The translations under genes and the position numbers were made by a program. A stretch of 28,039 bases of DNA from Opitutales bacterium. Its GTDB lineage: Bacteria > Verrucomicrobiota > Verrucomicrobiia > Opitutales > UBA9783. Shown piece by piece: positions 1 through 6,635 of this stretch; within the stretch, counting starts at the first letter, position 1; each line of letters starts with the position of its first letter. Under the pieces are notes generated by a model that saw only the letters and a program-made list of their open reading frames with translations, had not been told where the DNA came from and did not search any database. Where the stretch lies: NCBI GenBank assembly GCA_046881885.1, contig JBKSMP010000005.1:1-28039 (forward strand), in the 5' to 3' direction.

Positions 1-131
1 CTGAGTTTTGTTAGCGCCTCAAACTTGAATGTAGGCCAATTTTTTTTAATACTACCAATAGCTTCATTTGCAACGGTTTTAACGTTTTCTACGGCTGTAT
101 TTACAAAATGCCCAATATTGCTAATGTCCAC
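1..131 (-). CDS. possible 5' part of a CDS continuing beyond the left edge (unknown function)
   Basis: The minus-strand frame is open from 197 to the window edge (..TKIFQIEKSKIGIKLAGIKLVDISNIGHFVNTAVENVKTVANEAIGSIKKNWPTFKFEALTKL). There is no ATG; the only candidate starts are GTG at 131 or ATT at 185. No family recognised. Confidence 0.2.
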   Translation of the reverse strand, partial: MDISNIGHFVNTAVENVKTVANEAIGSIKKNWPTFKFEALTKL

Positions 132-216
132 TAGTTTAATACCAGCAAGTTTTATACCGATCTTCGATTTTTCAATCTGGAAAATCTTTGTTAAAAATTA
201 ATCCCAATGAATAACA

Positions 217-1119
217 TTAATCTTTATTGGTCGACATTGCACGCTTATACGATGGCGTATTTTTATATGAAGGATCAGCTTCAACCAATTGAGCTAAAAC
301 ATACATACCTTTTTTCGAAATCGTTTTATCTTGATTAAAAATCATATCTCTTATAGCAATGGGAATATCTTTTGGACGATCTTCTTCTGCTAGTTTTTTA
401 GCATCTGCATAAGACATGACTTCTCCATTTCCTCCATTTTCTTCTAGGGAGGAAGAAAATATCTGCATAAGTTCCCCTACTTGAGCTGCACTTGGACGTT
501 CCTCTGGTTTTTGATTAAGACAATCTTTTAGTAATCCTTGTAAAAAATCCAATTGTGTATCTGAATAGAAATCGGGAATTTCTAAATTATTTTTATCTGT
601 TGCCTTTAAGAAATTGTCATTAAGGAAATCAATAATACCATTTCTGGCATTCCATGCATTATAAAGGTTGCCAAAGTCAGAAGCCTTGTCTTTACCCCAA
701 TCTCCTAAAAGTGTTTCCATAAGCATAACACCCATTGCATACACATCTGAAGCCGGAGAAATTGGCTTACCCAAAATGAGTTCTGGCGAGAGATAATGTG
801 GAGTTCCTTTTAAGCCAACTGTTTCAAAAGTTTTACTATCCTTATTATAAGACTTTTCTATATTATCCAAAGCTTCATTTAATTTTATTTCTCTTTGATG
901 ATTAAGTTTATTAGCTATTCTATTGTGCAGTCCATTAAAAAAGTTTCCGAAAGATAAACTAGTATCTAGCTTCTTCATAATACTTTTTGTAAGTGCATTT
1001 AACGAAGTATTTTGCTTAACCGTTTTATTATCCTTGGTCTGTCCTATTTGAGACAAATGAGATGAATCCGATAAAGCAAAACGAAAATCATTATTTGAAG
1101 AACTAACACTTTTAGTCAT
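217..1119 (-). CDS. protein-kinase C-lobe-like protein (eukaryotic-like Ser/Thr kinase homology, N-lobe and catalytic loop absent)
   Basis: 300 aa. GTPHYLSPE (aa105-113, subdomain VIII APE motif), DVYAMGVMLMETLLG (subdomain IX) and CLNQKPEERPSAAQ (subdomain XI Arg) occur in canonical order and spacing. There is no GxGxxG, VAIK Lys or HRD loop. An in-frame TAG lies directly upstream of the ATG. Confidence 0.6.
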   Translation of the reverse strand: MTKSVSSSNNDFRFALSDSSHLSQIGQTKDNKTVKQNTSLNALTKSIMKKLDTSLSFGNFFNGLHNRIANKLNHQREIKLNEALDNIEKSYNKDSKTFETVGLKGTPHYLSPELILGKPISPASDVYAMGVMLMETLLGDWGKDKASDFGNLYNAWNARNGIIDFLNDNFLKATDKNNLEIPDFYSDTQLDFLQGLLKDCLNQKPEERPSAAQVGELMQIFSSSLEENGGNGEVMSYADAKKLAEEDRPKDIPIAIRDMIFNQDKTISKKGMYVLAQLVEADPSYKNTPSYKRAMSTNKD

Positions 1120-1186
1120 ATTCTACTTGCCCAGCAGCTTTCATGCCGCTTCACTCATTTTTCTTCATTTTATTCGCTTTTAACGC

Positions 1187-1215
1187 TTGATTTAAACAAT
1201 ATTCTTTACTAGATT
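1187..1215 (+). promoter_or_regulatory. candidate sigma70-type promoter giving a leaderless or near-leaderless transcript for the DUF502 gene
   Basis: TTGATT (1187-1192), a 17-nt spacer, then TAGATT (1210-1215). The -10 box ends 6 nt before ATG 1222 and no Shine-Dalgarno sequence lies between them. Confidence 0.3.
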
Positions 1216-1221
1216 TAAAAC

Positions 1222-1860
1222 ATGTTAAAGGGATTAAAACGTTCGTTTATAGCTGGGCTCATTGTTTTGATGCCGTTAGGGGTTACTTTCGTAGTTATTC
1301 GATTTTTGCTTGAAAAAATTGGACAACCTGCGAGTGTGCTTTTCTTTGGTTCTTGGATTAATCATTTAGATCAACGGTGGGTGGAATTTTTGGCAAGTCT
1401 CCTGTCGATACTTATTGTTATTGGTCTAATAACGATTTTTGGATGGCTTTCGAAATTCTTTTTAGGTAAAAGCTTTTTGAAGTTTACCGAAAGCTTAATT
1501 CAAAATATTCCCTTCATTAATACGATTTACAATACTGTAAAACAGATCGTTGACACGATTGGTCAAAACAAAAAAGCCGTTTTTGAAAAAGCTGTTTTGG
1601 TCCAATTTCCAAGCGAAGGCATGTATTCGATCGGTTTCTTAACCAATCGTTCTCAGGGTGAAACTCAGGAAAAGACTAAGGAAGTTGTTTGCAATGTTTT
1701 TGTTCCAACGACCCCGAATCCAACTACAGGATTCCTTATTATGGTCCCAGAAAATAAATTGGTCGCGTTGGACATGTCCGTTGGAGACGCAATTAAACTT
1801 ATTATTTCTGGTGGAACAGTTATCCCGCAAGTAAAAACGGCTATTGAAGAAAAGGAATAG
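1222..1860 (+). CDS. DUF502-family membrane protein
   Basis: 212 aa with two N-terminal TM helices (FIAGLIVLMPLGVTFVVIRFLL; LASLLSILIVIGLITIFGWL). The C-terminal VPTTPNPTTGFLIMVP motif is typical of DUF502. Confidence 0.8.
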   Translation: MLKGLKRSFIAGLIVLMPLGVTFVVIRFLLEKIGQPASVLFFGSWINHLDQRWVEFLASLLSILIVIGLITIFGWLSKFFLGKSFLKFTESLIQNIPFINTIYNTVKQIVDTIGQNKKAVFEKAVLVQFPSEGMYSIGFLTNRSQGETQEKTKEVVCNVFVPTTPNPTTGFLIMVPENKLVALDMSVGDAIKLIISGGTVIPQVKTAIEEKE

Positions 1861-1863
1861 AGG

Positions 1864-2574
1864 GTGCAAGCATTTTTAATAGAACATTATAAAGGTGTTT
1901 GCTATGCTTTACTTTTTCTTGTTTTACATCTTGTAATTTTCTACAATATTCGGCGGCTACAACAATGGTTTGCTCAATTAGAACTTGGTAAAACGGTTCT
2001 AAAACCTTTATTCTTTAAGCTGCGGATTAAAATCTATACCTTATGGGGATTTTTAATCGTATGGATGGTCACTAAATTTTTACAGCTCTGGCTAGCAGCT
2101 AAACTTTGCAAGGCTTGTTCTAGTTTCGTTTTTTGCCTCATTTTAGGCGATTTTTTATGCCTCGTTTGCCTTATTATCTTTAGAAAATTCATTAAAAATC
2201 TATCCGATATTTATCCCTTATTGCAAAAACTCCTCTTTTTCGGGTTTGTGTTACTTGGATGCGTAGTTGCTGCCAATAACTTAGGCTATTCCATTGGCGG
2301 CCTTTTAACAACATTAGGCATTGGAGGTGCTGCAATCGCTTTCGCTGCTCAAAATACCTTAAGTAACCTATGGGGTGCCGTTTCCATCTTACTCGATCAA
2401 CCGTTTAAAGAAGGTGATTGGATCCGTATTGGCAGTAAAGCTTATGGTCGTGTTGAATCTATTGGTCTACGTTCTACACGTCTACGTACCGAACAAAATA
2501 CGCTTGTTATCATTCCCAACAATATCCTTATGAATGAGTATGTCGAAAATTCTTTTCAAAAAACCTGCAAATAA
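1864..2574 (+). CDS. MscS-family mechanosensitive channel-like protein, C-terminally short
   Basis: LGIGGAAIAFAAQNTLSNLWGAVSILLDQPFKEGDWIRIG..GRVESIGLRSTRLRTEQNTLVIIPNN matches the MscS pore helix plus beta domain. The GTG start is 4 nt after the upstream stop and preceded by AGGAATAGAGG. The ORF ends right after the beta domain. Confidence 0.7.
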   Translation: MQAFLIEHYKGVCYALLFLVLHLVIFYNIRRLQQWFAQLELGKTVLKPLFFKLRIKIYTLWGFLIVWMVTKFLQLWLAAKLCKACSSFVFCLILGDFLCLVCLIIFRKFIKNLSDIYPLLQKLLFFGFVLLGCVVAANNLGYSIGGLLTTLGIGGAAIAFAAQNTLSNLWGAVSILLDQPFKEGDWIRIGSKAYGRVESIGLRSTRLRTEQNTLVIIPNNILMNEYVENSFQKTCK

Positions 2575-2612
2575 TCGTTGTTTTTAACCCTAAAATAAAC
2601 TTGTGTAAAATT

Positions 2613-3563
2613 ATGTCTTTTTTGTCAAACATCTTAAGTACTTTAAATCGTGAGCATCTTATTTATGTAGTCGGGCATGAACGAGCGGATGGAGACGCCA
2701 TTGGAAGCCAAACAGCCCTAACCTTACACTTAAATGCTTTAGGTTGGGAAGCGTATGCAGTTCGCACTGAAGACATTGCAGATGTTTATAAGCCTTTTGT
2801 TGAGACAGTTCCTCAAGTAACCTTAGAAGAAATCAAAGAACCTGCAACTTGGTTTGCTGTTGATTGCGCCAAACGTGCACGTGTCGCACCTGAAGTTCAA
2901 GCGAAAGATTATACTCTGCTTATAGATCATCATCCAGAAGAAGAAACGTGGTCCAAATTTAGCTGTATACAAACGAATGCATGTTCTACGTGTGAAATTC
3001 TTACCTTTTTACTCAGTCAAAATGGTTATAAGTTTAATGACAGTCATATCAATAATGCTTTGTATCTAGGCTTACTAACAGACTCTGGAAATTTTTCGCA
3101 CAACAACACAACGCAACATACCTTTGAATGTGCAGAACATTTAGTTCGAGCGGGCGTTAAACCTTACAAAATCATACAGCAAATTTTTAACAACAAAAGT
3201 CCGAAACAACTCAAATTACAAAGCATTTTTCTAAACAACGTCACCCTTCACGCAAAGGACCAAATAGCAATTGCAACCTTATCGACAAAGGATTATGAAG
3301 CTACCCAAACAGAACACAAGGAAACCGAAGGTTTTGTAAATCAACTACTAACCATTAAAAACGTAAAAATAGGCGTTTTTTTAGAATATAATACAACCTT
3401 TGTAAAGGGTAGTTTGCGTTCTTCTGAACCATCCATTTTGGTCAATAAAGTGGCTCAACAATGGGATGGTGGTGGACATCCTTGTGCGGCTGGATTCCGT
3501 TGTCCAAATGAACATTTTTCTTTAGATAAATTAATTCACGCATTAGCAAAATCACTCGATTAA
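2613..3563 (+). CDS. DHH/DHHA1 phosphoesterase (NrnA-like oligoribonuclease/pAp phosphatase)
   Basis: Motifs GHERADGDAIGS, LIDHHP, GLLTDSGNF and DHHA1 GGGHPCAAG are present. It sits directly upstream of truB, a conserved neighbourhood. ATG 2613 is preferred over TTG 2601 from the ORF track. Confidence 0.85.
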   Translation: MSFLSNILSTLNREHLIYVVGHERADGDAIGSQTALTLHLNALGWEAYAVRTEDIADVYKPFVETVPQVTLEEIKEPATWFAVDCAKRARVAPEVQAKDYTLLIDHHPEEETWSKFSCIQTNACSTCEILTFLLSQNGYKFNDSHINNALYLGLLTDSGNFSHNNTTQHTFECAEHLVRAGVKPYKIIQQIFNNKSPKQLKLQSIFLNNVTLHAKDQIAIATLSTKDYEATQTEHKETEGFVNQLLTIKNVKIGVFLEYNTTFVKGSLRSSEPSILVNKVAQQWDGGGHPCAAGFRCPNEHFSLDKLIHALAKSLD

Positions 3564-3565
3564 AT

Positions 3566-4303
3566 ATGGGAAATTCGAGAACTAAACCTTCGTTAGATTT
3601 AAACGGTGTGCTCCTTATTGATAAACCCTATGGGTGTTCTTCTTTTGATGTCCTTAGAAAACTTAAATACCATTTTGGCATAACGAAATTAGGGCATGCA
3701 GGCACATTGGATCCCTTAGCAACAGGCCTATTGGTTGTTGTCTTAGGAAAAGCTACCAAGCTCTCACAAACACTCATGTGTGGTCAAAAAGAATACACAG
3801 GAACGATCCAACTTGGCGTTGAAACCTCTACTTACGATGCAGAAGGTGAAATTGTAAATGCACAACCCGTAGACGGTATCACTCAAGAATGTATTCAACA
3901 AGCTATGAAAGGATTTTTGGGAGATCAATATCAACAACCGCCCATGTTTTCTGCCAAAAAAAAGAATGGTATTCCGCTTTATAAACTAGCACGCAAAGGG
4001 CAAGAAGTTGAACGTGAGCCCAATTTTATTACCATTTTTAACTTTGTAATGGAGCACTTTGATTTACCCAATATCACCTTTCGTGTAAAATGCTCCAAGG
4101 GTACCTATATTCGTTCCCTTGCTTATGACTTAGGCAAAAAAGTTGGATGTGGAGCACATTTAGCGTCTTTACGACGAACCCGTAGTGGCTCACTTAGTAT
4201 TGATCAGGCAATTACATTAGATGCGCTATTGGAACAAAACACAAACTTCTTGATGGAACACATCATTCCTTGCGAGTACTTCGTAAAAAGCCCATTTGCA
4301 TGA
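3566..4303 (+). CDS. truB: tRNA pseudouridine(55) synthase TruB
   Basis: Catalytic-Asp motif GHAGTLDPLATGLLVVVLG, plus PPMFSAKK..GIPLYKLAR and GTYIRSLAYDLG. 245 aa. Confidence 0.95.
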   Translation: MGNSRTKPSLDLNGVLLIDKPYGCSSFDVLRKLKYHFGITKLGHAGTLDPLATGLLVVVLGKATKLSQTLMCGQKEYTGTIQLGVETSTYDAEGEIVNAQPVDGITQECIQQAMKGFLGDQYQQPPMFSAKKKNGIPLYKLARKGQEVEREPNFITIFNFVMEHFDLPNITFRVKCSKGTYIRSLAYDLGKKVGCGAHLASLRRTRSGSLSIDQAITLDALLEQNTNFLMEHIIPCEYFVKSPFA

Positions 4304-5037
4304 AGCCTCTACACTTAGCAATTGGCATATTTGATGGAGTACATCGCGGACATCGTTACCTGCTTCAATCCGCAATTGAAATTGCAAAAAAAGAAAAGGC
4401 TTTGTCAGGCGCTTTAACCTTTCATCCGCATCCTAAACAAGTGCTTCAGTTGCCAAATGCACCACAACTTATTTACCCAATACAACAGCGCTATTGGCTG
4501 CTAAAACAATTAGGTTGCGATTCTGTTTTTATTAAAAAATTTACGGAACCCTGGTCACAATCAACCCCAGACCAGTTTTTTGCTTATTTGATGCGGCTCT
4601 TTCCTAATTTATCGCATCTTTATATAGGTGAAGATTTTCGTTTTGGCCATAAAAGACTGGGAACATTAGACCTGCTTCAAAGGTTTTGTGAGAAAACAGC
4701 TGTTCAACTTCACATTATTCCGCATTTAAAACAAGATGGTGAAAAAATCTGTAGCACACGCATTCGAAAGGCCCTTAACGAGGGTTTAGTTTCCTTTGCC
4801 AATCAACTCCTTTATAAATCCTACCACTGTATAGGCAACATCACGCCAACTTGGCAATTCCAACATCGCTGTGAATTAAAGCTAAAGGACGGTATGTATG
4901 CTTGCCGAATGTTTTGTAAAAAAGCCGAACAAAACCTAATTCTTCAGGTCAAACAAGGCCTTTATCGGCTTGTTTCTGACCTAGATCCAAGCTTTCAAAA
5001 AAGAACCTGCTTGCTTGAATTTCAAAAGGAATTGTAA
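4300..5037 (+). CDS. ribF: RibF-like FMN adenylyltransferase (FAD synthetase) with a shortened, degenerate riboflavin-kinase domain
   Basis: The N-terminal nucleotidyltransferase motifs LAIGIFDGVHRGHRYLL, FRFGH and STRIR are present. The start is taken at ATG 4300 (ATGA overlap with the truB stop) rather than TTG 4270. Only about 70 aa follow the adenylyltransferase domain, and I see no PTAN-type kinase motif. Confidence 0.8.
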   Translation: MKPLHLAIGIFDGVHRGHRYLLQSAIEIAKKEKALSGALTFHPHPKQVLQLPNAPQLIYPIQQRYWLLKQLGCDSVFIKKFTEPWSQSTPDQFFAYLMRLFPNLSHLYIGEDFRFGHKRLGTLDLLQRFCEKTAVQLHIIPHLKQDGEKICSTRIRKALNEGLVSFANQLLYKSYHCIGNITPTWQFQHRCELKLKDGMYACRMFCKKAEQNLILQVKQGLYRLVSDLDPSFQKRTCLLEFQKEL

Positions 5038-5042
5038 GATTT

Positions 5043-6467
5043 GTGATACACTACCCACTAGGAATTCTTACCCTCATCTGTATTTTCAATCTAAGCTTCG
5101 CCTGTTGTTGGCTACAGACAAAAATCCAGATAGCTTCCTGCTTGTTTTATGCATTTCTGCTACTCCTTTGGATAAAGTACAAACAGATTCATTGGCCTTA
5201 CAAAAAAGTTACGATTTTCGCTTTTATCTTAAGTGGTTTATCCGTCTTCTTGATGCTCCAAGAAGTCCAAAGCATTTCACAAAAAAGATTTTTTACAAAA
5301 GGCACGTTTACTTTTGAAAAACGCTTTCAAACTAAGGAAAATAATCTTGGAGGTATTGGCATCCTCCGTTTGGAAGATGGAACGCAACGAACGCTTTATC
5401 TTCATACTCGTAAGCAAAAAGAACCTATAGATCCTTCCTATACCTACCAATTCTCAGGTTATGTAAAGCCGCTCATCAATCCTTTTGTGACGAAACAAAA
5501 CTTTTCCTTCTATCTTTGGTCGAGAGGGATTCGTTATCATGCTACGCAAGCCCATTTATACAAACCTTCGCAAACAACCCAGTTTTTACAGCTTTGCCGC
5601 AATTATTTCGCCAAGGCTTTAACCTTAAAAGATATTTTAGCAAGTTCTGTTTTTCAAGCGATTTTAATGGGAAAAAAGGAAGCCATTCCTCGAGATCAAC
5701 TTCAACATTTTTTCTATACCGGAACCATGCATCTTTTTGCCGTTAGCGGATTACATGTGGGGGTCGTCAGCAGTTTTATTTTCTTTATGTGCAAACTTCT
5801 CCTGTTCCCAAGATGGCTAAAAATCTTCTTTACGGGAATAAGCGTTTTGTTTTATGCCTCAATCGTTGGTTTTAGTCCATCTACTTTGCGAGCAACCTGT
5901 ATGGTTTTCTTCGTACTACTCGCACAGATCTTCAACCGTCCTATAGATATTCGAGCTGCATTCTTCAACACAATCGGCCTAACACTCCTCTTCAATCCCT
6001 ACGCTTTATGGGATGTCGGATTTCAACTCTCTTATGGTGTCGTTGCAAGTATTTTGTGCATAGGCATTCCTTTAGCCTATACCTCTTCACGTAATTATTC
6101 TGCTTGGCGCGCAACTTGTATCATCTCACTTTGTGCCAGCGCAATGAGTAGTTTATTTTCCATCTATTACTGGAACTTATTTAGCCCTTGGGCTTTTATC
6201 GCAAACCTGTTTCTCATTCCTCTCGCAAGCGGCATTGTAATCCTGGGACTTATAAGTGCTTTAGTAAGCTTTTGTTGCCCCTTCGTCTTACCCCTCATTC
6301 ATACCATCGCACAAATTTCAATTACCTGCTTACTCAAAAGCGTTACCTGCTTGGAATCTCTTCCATGGGCTACCCTGGAGCTTAGACTACATCCTCAAGT
6401 CTTCTATGGCCTACTATTCCTATTTCTTCTCAAAATCCTACCACAAAAAAAGCCTGTTTTAGACTAA
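5043..6467 (+). CDS. comEC: ComEC/Rec2-family DNA internalisation channel (no metallo-beta-lactamase domain)
   Basis: 474-aa polytopic membrane protein with the ComEC core motif FFYTGTMHLFAVSGLHVGVV and an N-terminal OB-like soluble segment. GTG start 5 nt after the ribF stop. Confidence 0.85.
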   Translation: MIHYPLGILTLICIFNLSFACCWLQTKIQIASCLFYAFLLLLWIKYKQIHWPYKKVTIFAFILSGLSVFLMLQEVQSISQKRFFTKGTFTFEKRFQTKENNLGGIGILRLEDGTQRTLYLHTRKQKEPIDPSYTYQFSGYVKPLINPFVTKQNFSFYLWSRGIRYHATQAHLYKPSQTTQFLQLCRNYFAKALTLKDILASSVFQAILMGKKEAIPRDQLQHFFYTGTMHLFAVSGLHVGVVSSFIFFMCKLLLFPRWLKIFFTGISVLFYASIVGFSPSTLRATCMVFFVLLAQIFNRPIDIRAAFFNTIGLTLLFNPYALWDVGFQLSYGVVASILCIGIPLAYTSSRNYSAWRATCIISLCASAMSSLFSIYYWNLFSPWAFIANLFLIPLASGIVILGLISALVSFCCPFVLPLIHTIAQISITCLLKSVTCLESLPWATLELRLHPQVFYGLLFLFLLKILPQKKPVLD

Positions 6468-6581
6468 GTAAAAAACTTACAACTTTGAAAGATTTTTTGT
6501 AAAAAATCTCTCAACCTCTCTTAAAACGTTTTGTTCATTGCCCAACAATATTGTGCAATGAATAAAAGTTTTTGAAGGTTT

Positions 6582-6610
6582 AAGGGAAACTTTTTTCAAA
6601 AAGTTCCCTT
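6582..6610. terminator. candidate bidirectional terminator hairpin between convergent comEC and secretin genes
   Basis: AAGGGAAACTTTT-TTCA-AAAAGTTCCCTT forms a 12-bp stem with one bulged A and a 4-nt loop, 26 nt from the secretin stop. Neither side has a clean U-tract. Confidence 0.35.
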
Positions 6611-6635
6611 ATAATAGGCGTTCCACAATTTCAAA

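Noticed and set aside
670-678. A DFG tripeptide (SDFGNLY, aa 148-150) in the kinase-like ORF, considered as the catalytic DFG motif.
   Set aside because: It lies after the APE and subdomain IX motifs, so it cannot be the Mg-binding DFG of a kinase fold. It is a chance occurrence.
3956-3963. Homopolymer tracts as phase-variation switches: A8 in truB at 3956-3963, T8/A8 in mnmA at 12370-12377, and T8 at 40-47.
   Set aside because: Runs of 8 are expected in AT-rich DNA. They sit in essential housekeeping genes and encode ordinary Lys or Phe codons.
5015-5317. A 100-aa plus-strand ORF overlapping the ribF end and the comEC start. The internal comEC-frame alternatives 5516..5746 and 6188..6385 were also considered.
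   Set aside because: They are out of frame with the ComEC reading frame, which carries the family motif and coherent TM helices. They have no motifs of their own.
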